DNA of 24,351 nucleotides from a virus. Its lineage: Duplodnaviria > Caudoviricetes. The translations under genes and the position numbers were made by a program. The stretch is taken from positions 1 to 24,351 of the IMG/VR virus record IMGVR_UViG_3300023176_000018; one strand, 5' to 3'. The notes below the pieces were generated by a model. The model made no database searches and was not told the origin of the DNA. It saw nothing but the letters and a program-made list of their open reading frames with translations. Of this stretch, positions 14,796 to 23,843 are shown piece by piece; positions within the stretch are counted from its first letter, which is position 1, and each line of letters starts with the position of its first letter.

Positions 14796-17700
14796 CCCAT
14801 GTTTCCTGTAAACATACCTTGTGAAAGGCGAGCTATCATTTCGTTAAGTTCTCTGTCGTAATCTTTTTGGGGCAACGGTGTATCAATTATTTGTGGAGTT
14901 TGGTACGAAAGCCCTGTCATAAAAGGAGTAAACCCAAGGGGAGAAGGACCTGTTAACATACCCGTTCCAATGTCTTCGCCTTCACCTTCTCCGTCACCAT
15001 CGCCATCTCCAGTACCGTCTCCGTCACCGCTACCATCTCCAGTGCCTGTGCCCGTTCCAGTACCATCGCCACTTCCAGTACCATCGCCACTTCCAGTACC
15101 ATCGCCACTTCCAGTACCATCGCCACTTCCAGTACCTTCGCCACTTCCAGTACCTTCGCCACTTCCAGTACCTTCGCCACTTCCAGTACCTTCGCCACTT
15201 CCAGTACCATCGCCACCTCCAGTGCCTTCGCCACCTCCAGTGCCTTCGCCAGTAGTTCCAGTAGTACCTGTAGTTCCTGTGGTTCCTGTAGTACCTGTAG
15301 TTCCAGTAGTACCTGTAGTTCCTGTGGTTCCTGTAGTACCTGTAGTTCCAGTAGTACCTGTAGTTCCAGTAGTACCTGTAGTTCCAGTGGTTCCTGTAGT
15401 ACCTGTAGTTCCAGTAGTACCTGTAGTTCCAGTAGTACCTGTAGTTCCAGTAGTACCTGTAGTTCCAGTGGTTCCTGTAGTACCTGTAGTTCCAGTAGTA
15501 CCTGTAGTTCCAGTAGTTCCAGTAGTTCCAGTGGTTCCTGTAGTACCTGTAGTTCCTGTGGTTCCTGTAGTACCTGTAGTTCCAGTGGTTCCTGTAGTAC
15601 CAGTAGTTCCTGTAGTTCCAGTAGTACCTGTGGTTCCTGTAGTACCAGTAGTTCCTGTAGTTCCAGTAGTTCCAGTGGTTCCTGTAGTACCTGTAGTTCC
15701 AGTGGTTCCTGTAGTACCAGTAGTTCCTGTAGTTCCAGTAGTACCTGTGGTTCCTGTAGTTCCTGTGGTTCCTGTAGTACCTGTGGTTCCTGTGGTTCCT
15801 GTAGTTCCTGTAGTACCAGTAGTACCAGTAGTACCAGTAGTTCCAGTGGTTCCAGTAGTTCCAGTAGTACCTGTAGTACCAGTAGCGCCTGTATCTACTC
15901 CTGTAGCTCCAGTACCAGCAAGATCTTGAGCGCCTGTAAGAAGATTTGTAACAACGTCATAAGTATCTGTTGCTGTACCACTACCGTTGGAGGTGGATGT
16001 TAATGTCTCAGCGTCACTTGTCCCTGTAGTGGTGCCGCTTACTCCAGCGCCTGTATCTACTCCTGTAGCTCCAGTACCAGCAAGATCTAGAGCGCCTGTA
16101 AGAAGACCAGTAATTGTTTGGTTGTATTGTGTTGTAGTACCGCCACCGCCTAAGTCTAAAGATACAGCACCGTCAGAATCCACAGCCGTAATGCCAGAGT
16201 CTGCCGTATCTCCAAGACCTGCTTGGCCTTCTGTTTCAGCAGCAGCAGCCGCTGTTGATGCAGCCGCTGTTGATGCAGCTGTTGATGCAGCCGCTGTTGA
16301 TGCAGCTGTTGATGCAGCCGCTGTTGATGCAGCTGTTGATGCAGCTGTTGATGCAGCCGCTGCCGCCGCTGCCGTCGCTGCCGCCGCCGTTGATGCAGCC
16401 GCCGCAGATTCCGCGCTCATAGTACCAGAAGCCGCTGCCGCATTAACGGCACTTGTAATCTGCTCCACGGTCGCCTGATTACTTGACACAGCAGAAGCCG
16501 CCGCAGATGCGGCATCTGTAGCTGACGCGCTTGACGTAATGTTTTGCACTGCGCTAGTAGAGGCGTCAGAGGATGTAGCTCCACCACCGCCGCTACTCGC
16601 GCCACCGCCGCTACCACCGCCACCGCCAGAACTTGTTTCTGTTTGCTTTACTACTTCTTCTGTTTTTGTTTCATCAGTAAGTGACGTAAAGTCTACTTGA
16701 ACAGCAGAAGAGGCATTAGACCCTGCCTCCAAAGTAAGCCAATCATTAATACCTGAAGGATCTTCTAAAGTAGCTGCTCCAGTAAACGGGTTTACTCCTG
16801 TAAAAACGTTACCACCAGTAAGTATTCCTTTATCTGATAAATAACCTTCAATGGCTCCTTCTGTTGCTCCTTCGCTAACAAGACCACCTAACGCTTCAAA
16901 ATCATCTTCACCAATAAATTTAATTCTAGTACCACCAATTTCGTCACTATCAATAATGTAGTGATTTCCGTTTTCGTCTGTACCTAACGTGTACTTTTGA
17001 GATTTATCAACAACAACGCCGTTACCGTAATCAACAAAATTTACTTCTTGAAAGTTTTGAGCGTTTCTTTGTGTTATGTAGTCTAAAACTGCTTTGTTAT
17101 CAGAAGTAATATCTCCTTCTAAATACAACTCCCCTGTATCTGAATCTACTCTAACGTCAAATCCAGCTTGTTGAAGTTGATCAACTACTTGAGAATCTTT
17201 CCAATTATCCATTTGAGAAAGATATTCAGGGTTTGTGTAATCAAAAGCTATTCCACCACTCCTCGGAAGTTCAAAGCTGACATCGCCATACACGTTTGGA
17301 TTTGCAACAACTTCCTGTAAATCTCCAGACGTTATTTGACCATCACCGTTTGTATCTATGTCGTAACTGTACGAATTACCAGACTCAATATTTATGTAAC
17401 CAGATCCAGTGTCAACAAACCCGTTGCCTGCATCCTGACCAACAATGCCTTGATCATTAATTACAGTGCCTGTTTCTAAGAGGTAGTTACCGTTGCCTAA
17501 ATCCTGGCCTACCTTTTTAGCTTCAACAGTTACCTCTTGTAATACGTCAGATTCAGAAGCTCCGAGACTAGCAGTTAGTGTGTTAAAGGCTTCTGTACCG
17601 CCTGCTACCAAAGCCGCAAGTCCTGCTTGTCCTAAGTCTACTTCTCCCGTAGTAACAAGCTGGGTAAGCATAGACACGCCACCAGCACGTATTGCTGCTG

Positions 17701-18814
17701 AAGCAATGTCGTTACCGCCACTTATTAACTCTTCAAATTTATTTAACTGGTTGGTTACTTGACTAAGCACACCGTTAACTTCAGAACTAGCTGCAATAGC
17801 CCCTTGTAAAGCAGAGCCTCCGTAGTTCAGTGCAGTAGATAAAAGAGCTTGTTTAAAATCTATTTGTCCAGTTGAAGCAAGTTGTGTTGCTGCGTTGACA
17901 ATACCAGAAGCTGCTGCTGTGTGTGCTGCTGTTACTGTAGCCGCTCCTGTTGCATTAGCAAGTGCTCCAGCCAGAGGGCCAGCCAAACCAGCAGATAATA
18001 CTATTGCTGGAAGACCTTTAAAAACTGCTCCTACAACATCAAAACCAAAGGCCTCTTGGGTTAAAACAAACGATGAACCGTTCCATTCATATCTAGCACC
18101 GTTGTCTAAGTACTTAACAACAGATTCACCTGTGTACTTCTCGTACAACCTTTCAAATACATCTTTTTGTTCGTTGTACCCTATTTCGCCCTGTCTAGCG
18201 CCTTCTTGCATGATGCCTTTTTCTAAAGCCCAATCATCCATGCCGCCTTCACGACCTAAGCCTTCAACATCTACCAGAGCAACCCCTGTGTCCCACCAAT
18301 CCGCTTTGTAATCACCTGAATCAATAAGGTCTTGACGCTCATCCATGTAAGCCAGATAGTTATCAAAAGTACCAAAAGACTCTCTAATCCTGGCATTGTC
18401 TGGTGCGTTGTAAAGGTCTCTTAACTCGTCTAAAGTAACTTTTCTATCGTAGTTGTTCCAGTACAGGTTTTGTGAACCGCCTTCTTCACGCTGATTTACG
18501 TAATCGTACAGGCGTTCACCTGTGTCTAACGAATCTGTAGTGACAGTATCATCAACAGTAGTATCATCAGCAGTAGTGTCTTCTAGTATGTCTAGTTCTT
18601 GACTTTCTGCGTAATTTTGAGCGTTTGTAGAATTAGCAATGTCCTGCTCTATTTGCTCGCTGGTTTGCCCTGTTGCAAGCCCTGCATCAACACCCTGCGT
18701 TTCTAGTTGATTCTGGAGTTCACCTTGACCACTTAATAACCCCGGTGTAATGCTTTTAAGATTTTCAAGCGTTATGGTAGGAAGCGCAGGTTCGTTGTAA
18801 TATTCTCTAGGCAT
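14792..18814 (-). CDS. Large acidic repeat-rich protein, probably virion-associated, 1340 aa
   Basis: Uninterrupted 4-kb ORF, ATGA-coupled to the adaptor gene. Contains (GTT)70, AAST and G[DE]GTG[SG] tracts, hydrophobic Ala/Gly helices and an EF-hand-like loop. Confidence 0.8.
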   Translation of the reverse strand: MPREYYNEPALPTITLENLKSITPGLLSGQGELQNQLETQGVDAGLATGQTSEQIEQDIANSTNAQNYAESQELDILEDTTADDTTVDDTVTTDSLDTGERLYDYVNQREEGGSQNLYWNNYDRKVTLDELRDLYNAPDNARIRESFGTFDNYLAYMDERQDLIDSGDYKADWWDTGVALVDVEGLGREGGMDDWALEKGIMQEGARQGEIGYNEQKDVFERLYEKYTGESVVKYLDNGARYEWNGSSFVLTQEAFGFDVVGAVFKGLPAIVLSAGLAGPLAGALANATGAATVTAAHTAAASGIVNAATQLASTGQIDFKQALLSTALNYGGSALQGAIAASSEVNGVLSQVTNQLNKFEELISGGNDIASAAIRAGGVSMLTQLVTTGEVDLGQAGLAALVAGGTEAFNTLTASLGASESDVLQEVTVEAKKVGQDLGNGNYLLETGTVINDQGIVGQDAGNGFVDTGSGYINIESGNSYSYDIDTNGDGQITSGDLQEVVANPNVYGDVSFELPRSGGIAFDYTNPEYLSQMDNWKDSQVVDQLQQAGFDVRVDSDTGELYLEGDITSDNKAVLDYITQRNAQNFQEVNFVDYGNGVVVDKSQKYTLGTDENGNHYIIDSDEIGGTRIKFIGEDDFEALGGLVSEGATEGAIEGYLSDKGILTGGNVFTGVNPFTGAATLEDPSGINDWLTLEAGSNASSAVQVDFTSLTDETKTEEVVKQTETSSGGGGGSGGGASSGGGGATSSDASTSAVQNITSSASATDAASAAASAVSSNQATVEQITSAVNAAAASGTMSAESAAAASTAAAATAAAAAAASTAASTAASTAAASTAASTAAASTAASTAAASTAAAAAETEGQAGLGDTADSGITAVDSDGAVSLDLGGGGTTTQYNQTITGLLTGALDLAGTGATGVDTGAGVSGTTTGTSDAETLTSTSNGSGTATDTYDVVTNLLTGAQDLAGTGATGVDTGATGTTGTTGTTGTTGTTGTTGTTGTTGTTGTTGTTGTTGTTGTTGTTGTTGTTGTTGTTGTTGTTGTTGTTGTTGTTGTTGTTGTTGTTGTTGTTGTTGTTGTTGTTGTTGTTGTTGTTGTTGTTGTTGTTGTTGTTGTTGTTGTTGTTGTTGTTGTTGTTGTTGTTGTTGTTGTTGTTGTTGTTGTTGTTGTTGTTGTTGTTGTTGTTGTTGEGTGGGEGTGGGDGTGSGEGTGSGEGTGSGEGTGSGEGTGSGDGTGSGDGTGSGDGTGSGDGTGTGTGTGDGSGDGDGTGDGDGDGEGEGEDIGTGMLTGPSPLGFTPFMTGLSYQTPQIIDTPLPQKDYDRELNEMIARLSQGMFTGNMG
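15053..15250 (-). repeat. 18-nt tandem repeat, 11 units, encoding G[E/D]GTG[S/G/T]
   Basis: Plus-strand unit ccagtacc(a/t)tcgccactt, followed in the protein by GX dipeptides down to about 14975. Confidence 0.95.
15251..15880 (-). repeat. 9-nt tandem repeat, 70 units, encoding (Gly-Thr-Thr)70
   Basis: 630 nt; the variation seen is at synonymous positions (GGA/GGT, ACT/ACA/ACC). Confidence 0.97.
15884..16106 (-). repeat. 61-bp direct repeat (15884-15944 and 16046-16106), one mismatch
   Basis: Encodes LLTGA[L/Q][14 protein letters not shown] twice. Confidence 0.92.
16238..16405 (-). repeat. 12/15-nt repeats encoding a 56-aa Ala-rich AAST/AAAST tract
   Basis: gctgttgatgca units, with a 27-nt higher-order unit repeated about three times. 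Confidence 0.92.
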
Positions 18815-18817
18815 AGG

Positions 18818-19195
18818 TCACTTACCGCCCTTCATTTGCATAAGTTTGTCAGCACCACGTATGCCAAAGCTGGCAGTCACGGCTACGTAGAGCAAATACT
18901 GGTAGTAATCAGGTAGTTTGTCTAGTTCAACAAAAGCCATACCTACCCTCTGCATAATACTCAAGTCATCCATAGCAACTCCGTAACACACAGCCAACAG
19001 GGGCATCGACAAAACTACAGTAAACCACTCGTCTTTCCACGAGGTTGCACTAGCCGCCGCCATCTCCTGTTCCCACGTAGCTGTGTTCTTTATGACTTCC
19101 ATCTTAGCTACGTGTTTAGCTTGTGACTGCTCGTGCTTGTTGTTAATCCAAGTCTTAGCGAGTCCAGCGATAGGTCCGATCAGTGCTGTCCACAT
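18818..19195 (-). CDS. Putative holin (GTA-type 3TM-holin-like), 125 aa
   Basis: Amphipathic N-terminus, SWKDEW motif, two hydrophobic segments, ASFGIR and a basic C-terminus. Confidence 0.7.
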   Translation of the reverse strand: MWTALIGPIAGLAKTWINNKHEQSQAKHVAKMEVIKNTATWEQEMAAASATSWKDEWFTVVLSMPLLAVCYGVAMDDLSIMQRVGMAFVELDKLPDYYQYLLYVAVTASFGIRGADKLMQMKGGK

Positions 19196-19198
19196 ATC

Positions 19199-19402
19199 TT
19201 AGTCTTCCTTAACGAACCGACCTTTTTCGTCACGCTTGCGTTTCTTTTCAAACAAGCCTTGAACTGTGTCTGTTTCCCAGATACGTATTCCTGTCCAGAT
19301 AATAGTAAACAAAGCGGCAACAGGCGGTAACAGTGACCCAAGTGCCCCTAGCATTGTGCCTACGCTCATTACATCAACTACTTGCTTTGCGGACTCATCC
19401 AT
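19199..19402 (-). CDS. Small membrane protein (holin/antiholin-like), 67 aa
   Basis: Long hydrophobic stretch followed by a highly charged tail KKRKRDEKGRFVKED. Confidence 0.6.
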   Translation of the reverse strand: MDESAKQVVDVMSVGTMLGALGSLLPPVAALFTIIWTGIRIWETDTVQGLFEKKRKRDEKGRFVKED

Positions 19403-19404
19403 TA

Positions 19405-19872
19405 CTAAACCCCTTGTATAACGCTCACGGTAGTCCAGATAATCCCAGCAGACACAAGTAGTGCCATAATAATTGCTGATACATCTAGCATTATTCTTTG
19501 TCTTCGTCTTTGTTTGTAGATCAGTTTTTCTCGTTTGGCTCTTATGTCCCTACGCATCTGAATCATCTCAGAGTACGTTTCTTGACCATACGCCCACGTA
19601 ATTAACTCTCTAATCTGCTTCTCTTGTTCTTCTATCTTTTTCTTTGCTATGACAGCGTTTAACGCCTGTTCTTCTACTGACCCACCGTCAAACATCTTTT
19701 TAAACAGCGGTGGATTCTCTATCTCTCTTTCTGCTTCCTTGATGTCGCTAACCAGCGTGTACCACTGGCCTAACTTTTTAGCTACGTGTTCAATCTCTGA
19801 CCCTCTACTGACAAGGGTTTGTACGCCCTTGAACGCAGTAGACGCCATAGCTACTAGAGATACAGGGTCCAT
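19405..19872 (-). CDS. Hypothetical coiled-coil protein with a C-terminal transmembrane helix, 155 aa
   Basis: MDPVS start, charged helical middle, RRRQR followed by a hydrophobic segment; tightly packed in the operon. Confidence 0.75.
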   Translation of the reverse strand: MDPVSLVAMASTAFKGVQTLVSRGSEIEHVAKKLGQWYTLVSDIKEAEREIENPPLFKKMFDGGSVEEQALNAVIAKKKIEEQEKQIRELITWAYGQETYSEMIQMRRDIRAKREKLIYKQRRRQRIMLDVSAIIMALLVSAGIIWTTVSVIQGV

Positions 19873-20862
19873 TTAGAATGTAATACTTCCAGAGCCTGTA
19901 AACTTATAAATATTGTAACTGCCGTCTGTAGAAGTGGTAGGCGAGCCTGTTGTCGCTACGGCTGTATCTAAAGTTCTAATAATTACAACTCCTGAACCTC
20001 CAGCACCCCCAACGTAACTTGTGTGAGACTCTGCACCACCTCCACCGCCTCCTAAATTAGCAGTTCCATTTCCACCGTTTGAGTTAGCACCACCAGCACC
20101 ACCTCCACCAGAGCCTCCAGCGGCTCCGCTAGTTGAGTAAGCACCACCGCCTCCACCTCCAGCGTATGTAATAGAAGAACCTGTTATAGAATTAGCAGTA
20201 CCGTTTCCTCCTGCCCCAGCCGCAGATGTTGTACCGTCTACTCCAACCGCTCCAGCACCACCTCCGCCGCCACCACCAAAAACGCCACCATTTGCACTAC
20301 CGCCACCGCCATTATTACCTTCGGAGGGGCTATAGCCTCCAGCATTACCTGAGCCTGCGTCACCAGAACCAGCGCCAGAAGAACTACGACCTGCGCCACC
20401 ACCTGACCCGCCATCTCTTCCGTTACCAGTGTTAGTGCTCGTGCTATTAGTGACGCTTTCTGAATAGTTAGCGCCGCCGCCTCCGCCAGATGACGTTACT
20501 GTAGTAATTCCTGTTCCAGAAATGGACGAATCACTACCATTTGCGCCTGCTTGGCTTGTAGCTGTAGCACTTGCTCCAGAACCTACAGTAATTGTGTAAA
20601 CATTTCCTTTTATTAACTCAACACCAGAAGCAGTTCTGTATCCGCCAGCACCACCACCAGCCCCGTGATAAGTGCCGCCTCCGCCACCGCCACCGCCAGC
20701 AACAACTAAATACTCGATTTCAGCAGGAAGAAGAGGTCCGGGCCACGTTTGATCTTTTGTAAACTGCCTAGCCTCCTGAAGAGTCCAAACACCACTAGCC
20801 GCACTAGTCGTTGGCGTTACTTTAGTGCTTGAAATAATGTTGCCTTGATAACGCTTAGACAT
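19873..20862 (-). CDS. Glycine-rich domain protein (putative fibre tip / receptor-binding), 329 aa
   Basis: EYLVVAGGGGGG...GGGAGGYR...ITVG.G...GGSGVVIIR architecture of phage glycine-rich (polyglycine II) domains. Confidence 0.82.
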   Translation of the reverse strand: MSKRYQGNIISSTKVTPTTSAASGVWTLQEARQFTKDQTWPGPLLPAEIEYLVVAGGGGGGGGTYHGAGGGAGGYRTASGVELIKGNVYTITVGSGASATATSQAGANGSDSSISGTGITTVTSSGGGGGANYSESVTNSTSTNTGNGRDGGSGGGAGRSSSGAGSGDAGSGNAGGYSPSEGNNGGGGSANGGVFGGGGGGGAGAVGVDGTTSAAGAGGNGTANSITGSSITYAGGGGGGAYSTSGAAGGSGGGGAGGANSNGGNGTANLGGGGGGAESHTSYVGGAGGSGVVIIRTLDTAVATTGSPTTSTDGSYNIYKFTGSGSITF

Positions 20863-21217
20863 TCATTTGATCCCAGCTAGTAGTTTCTTCGTTCCATACA
20901 TAAAAATTTTCATCTACAGGTAAAGGAACGGGCGGATCCCACTGACACGTTGCTTCAACTAACGTCCAGCTTGCATAAGGCTTCGGTGGTATAAAAGCGT
21001 CTCGTTCAGGATCGTATGTAAATCCTACCCCTGCAAAATTCTTTCGCATATTATTGTTGTAGCTGGTTTGCTTCCATGTTCCGCCAAGTAACTCATTGCA
21101 AAAAGCCACACCTAACGATTCTTGCTCATCACCGTTTTCATCTAAAATTACCGGATTAGCCACAACAATGACGCGCAAAACCTCGTTGTTTTCATTTAAT
21201 TCTGCAAAATGTGCCAT
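20855..21217 (-). CDS. Conserved-type phage protein accompanying glycine-rich proteins, 120 aa
   Basis: MAHFAEL..V..VIVV, WKQTSYN, RKNFAG.G.TYD...DAFIPPKPY.SW and W.PPVP motifs; overlaps both neighbours. Confidence 0.8.
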   Translation of the reverse strand: MAHFAELNENNEVLRVIVVANPVILDENGDEQESLGVAFCNELLGGTWKQTSYNNNMRKNFAGVGFTYDPERDAFIPPKPYASWTLVEATCQWDPPVPLPVDENFYVWNEETTSWDQMNV

Positions 21218-22152
21218 TAGAAAGTGATACTCCCTGATCCTGTAAATGTATAAATATTGTAACTGCCATCCGTAGTTGTAGTTGGCGATCCTGTTGTCGC
21301 TACGGCACCGTTTAGTGTTCTAATAATTACAACACCAGAGCCTCCTGCCGCGCCATTTTGATCGCCAGTCTCGAAGCCGCCGCCGCCACCCCCACCGCCG
21401 GTGTTTGCTGTGCCTGCGCCGGGACTAACGGTTCCATCGGATCCATCTCCTCCACCGCCAGCGCCTCCTGATCCAGCCGTATGGGTATTATAAGTAGGGC
21501 CAATACAGCCGCCACCGCCACCGCCTGCGCGAGTTACAGAGGAACCAGTTATAGATGATGCTGTGCCTGCTCCTCCAGCACCGCCAGTACCACTAGAACC
21601 GCCTGTCGCCGCCGCGCCTGTGCCCCCAGCACCACCACCGCCCCCAGCAGGAGAATTAGGGTTTAATCCTTGACCGCCATTATTACCTTCGGAGGGGCTA
21701 TAGCTTCCTGCATTACCCGTTCCAGCAGAGCTTGTATCGCTACTGCCGCCACCAGAACCTCCACTATTGCCTGCTGTTTGGGTTTGGTATGAACCGCCAG
21801 CACCACCGCCAGTTGCTGAAAGTGAATTAAAAGTGCTGGTTCCTCCATTAGAACCTCTGGCAGTTCTGCTACCGCCAGAGCCTCCTGCGCCTACTGTAAC
21901 GGTATAAGTAGTTCCCTCTACTAGCGTTTGGCTTGTAAATGAGCGATAACCGCCTGCACCACCGCCTCCCGCAATAGTTCCACCACCACCGCCGCCGCCT
22001 GCAATAATTAAGTAATCAAAAGAGTGAAATACTGGCGAAGGCCAATCACCCGCATTTTGCATTTGGGTATCTAAAGCCCAAACACCACTAAAAACTTTTG
22101 GGTCTTCTTCTAGGCCGTTAAAGCCAATAAACCCGCCTTTATCTTTAGCCAC
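21217..22152 (-). CDS. Glycine-rich domain protein, paralogue of 19873-20862, 311 aa
   Basis: DYLIIAGGGGGG...GGSGVVIIRTL; GTG start with AGGAG upstream. Confidence 0.82.
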   Translation of the reverse strand: MAKDKGGFIGFNGLEEDPKVFSGVWALDTQMQNAGDWPSPVFHSFDYLIIAGGGGGGGTIAGGGGAGGYRSFTSQTLVEGTTYTVTVGAGGSGGSRTARGSNGGTSTFNSLSATGGGAGGSYQTQTAGNSGGSGGGSSDTSSAGTGNAGSYSPSEGNNGGQGLNPNSPAGGGGGAGGTGAAATGGSSGTGGAGGAGTASSITGSSVTRAGGGGGGCIGPTYNTHTAGSGGAGGGGDGSDGTVSPGAGTANTGGGGGGGGFETGDQNGAAGGSGVVIIRTLNGAVATTGSPTTTTDGSYNIYTFTGSGSITF

Positions 22153-22164
22153 GACTAGCTCCTA

Positions 22165-22539
22165 TTAGCTAATTTCTTCGTAACTTACGATAACTTCTAG
22201 GTCGTTAGCGGTTCCTGCCGTAACTGAAATAGACCGGTCTTCTTCAAGGTAAAGCGCTGTGTTTTTGTCGATAACAATCAAAGACGCATCTGCTGGTACT
22301 GACACAGTAGACACAAGCGAATACGCTGTACCGCCAATGTCATCTTGAGAGTGGTAATCAACAGTTACGTCGCAGTTATTTGTTCCGTCTACGTTGGAAA
22401 CCTGAATCATGTTTATCTTAAACACTTTACCGCTAGATGCGGCATTACTAACAAGCTGTGTTGCACTTGTGGTAGATAAAGCAACAGAAGCTGTTTTACC
22501 CGTTATTGTAGATACGTTTACGATATTTGGTGCCGCCAT
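22165..22539 (-). CDS. Small beta-rich virion/adaptor protein, 124 aa
   Basis: MAAPNIVNV...NVDG...VPADASL...YLEE...SYEEIS; SD AGGAG fused to the upstream stop. Confidence 0.7.
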   Translation of the reverse strand: MAAPNIVNVSTITGKTASVALSTTSATQLVSNAASSGKVFKINMIQVSNVDGTNNCDVTVDYHSQDDIGGTAYSLVSTVSVPADASLIVIDKNTALYLEEDRSISVTAGTANDLEVIVSYEEIS

Positions 22540-22549
22540 AATTTAGCTC

Positions 22550-23791
22550 CTATCCAAAGACAATAGCCATAGCAATGGCTTTACCTGTTCCAGCTTTTGA
22601 ATCTAGCTGGGTTTGAATGTTAGATGTTACCCCGTCAACATAATTTAACTCTGCTGTTGTAGCTGTAACCCCGTCTAAAATATTAAGTTCTGCCGCAGTA
22701 GAAGTAACACCGTTTAATTTAGAAATATCAATCGCCGCGCTAGCGCTAATGTCCGCATTAACAATCACGCCAGAGCCAATAGCCGCTACGCCTGTATCAG
22801 CAATCGTAATGTCACCTGATACTACGTTGTCGATCCACATAGACGTAGCAGTGTCGTAGAACAACAAAGCTCCGTCAGCCGGGGTTGTTACATTAGTATC
22901 TGTTAAACCGCTTAATGTAGTTGACCCGCCAACTTGAGAATCAACATACGCCTTAATAGATTGCTGACTTGCCAATGCCGTAGCAGAATCGCTAGTCATA
23001 TCATCTTCATCTAAAAACGCTGTTACACCGTCTAAAACATTTAACTCGCTTGTTGTAGATGTAACTCCGTCTAAGATATTTAATTCTGCAGTTGTGGCCG
23101 TAACCCCATCTAGGATGTTTAATTCAGCCGCTGTAGACGTAATTGCTGTGCCGCCAAGGGTTAGAGCGCCTGATACTGAAAGGCTCGACAAAGTTCCTAC
23201 AGACGTAATTTGAGTCTGTGCCGCATCAACCGACAAGGTATTTGTCGTAAGGGTTAAACCCGTTCCTGCTGTCAAAGCAGTCTTTGAGACATCAATAGCC
23301 GCACTAGCATTAACATCTGCATTAACGATCACGCCAGAGCCAATAGCGGCTACGCCTGTGTCGGCAATAGTTATATCACCGGATACTACGTTATCAATCC
23401 ACTTAGACGTAGTAGTGTCGTAGAACAACAAAGCTCCGTCAGCCGGAGTTGTTATATTAGTATCTGTAAGCTCTGCGAGTGTGTCAACTAAAGCAATCTG
23501 CGAATCAACATAAGCCTTTACAGATTGTTGTGTAGGTATAAGGGTTGCGCTGTTAGAAGACATATTATCTTCGTCAACAAACGCTGTAACTGTAATTGTG
23601 CCGTCAGACAAATTATCAAACGTAGCTGTGCCAGTAAAAATAGGACCAGCTAGATCTGCTTTGGTTTCTACAGCGGTTTGTATTGCGTCAAATTCTGTGT
23701 CAAACTCTGAGCCACGGATAACCTTGTTAGTGTCACCCGTAGGCAGAGAATCCTTAACAGTAAAATTAGTAGACTTTACGTAATTAGTCAT
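22550..23791 (-). CDS. Fibre protein with an internal duplication and 13-aa repeats, 413 aa
   Basis: N-terminal attachment-like region (NYVKSTNF..KD.L...EFDTEFDAI), TQQSVKAYVD motif twice, five T(S/A)T.(A/S)ELN.(L/V)DGV repeats and C-terminal KAIAMAIVFG. Confidence 0.78.
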   Translation of the reverse strand: MTNYVKSTNFTVKDSLPTGDTNKVIRGSEFDTEFDAIQTAVETKADLAGPIFTGTATFDNLSDGTITVTAFVDEDNMSSNSATLIPTQQSVKAYVDSQIALVDTLAELTDTNITTPADGALLFYDTTTSKWIDNVVSGDITIADTGVAAIGSGVIVNADVNASAAIDVSKTALTAGTGLTLTTNTLSVDAAQTQITSVGTLSSLSVSGALTLGGTAITSTAAELNILDGVTATTAELNILDGVTSTTSELNVLDGVTAFLDEDDMTSDSATALASQQSIKAYVDSQVGGSTTLSGLTDTNVTTPADGALLFYDTATSMWIDNVVSGDITIADTGVAAIGSGVIVNADISASAAIDISKLNGVTSTAAELNILDGVTATTAELNYVDGVTSNIQTQLDSKAGTGKAIAMAIVFG

Positions 23792-23815
23792 AAGGTTATC
23801 CTATTAAACTTTTAG

Positions 23816-23843
23816 TTAAACACCCTGTCATCAAGACGTTTAA
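23816..23843 (-). promoter_or_regulatory. Predicted 12-bp RNA hairpin in the leader of the fibre gene
   Basis: UUAAACGUCUUG-AUGA-CAGGGUGUUUAA pairs fully, with three G-U wobbles, on the minus-strand transcript. Confidence 0.5.

Noticed and set aside
15053-15880. Possible CRISPR array or non-coding satellite
   Set aside because: No spacers; units are multiples of 3 and vary synonymously inside an ORF.
14970-16478. Plus-strand ORFs encoding (VVP)n, PSP and AAVD repeats
   Set aside because: Antisense shadows of the minus-strand repeats, with no SD or operon context.
19873-22152. Diversity-generating retroelement template/variable repeat pair
   Set aside because: Both copies are coding, differences are mostly synonymous and not adenine-specific, and there is no reverse transcriptase in the window.
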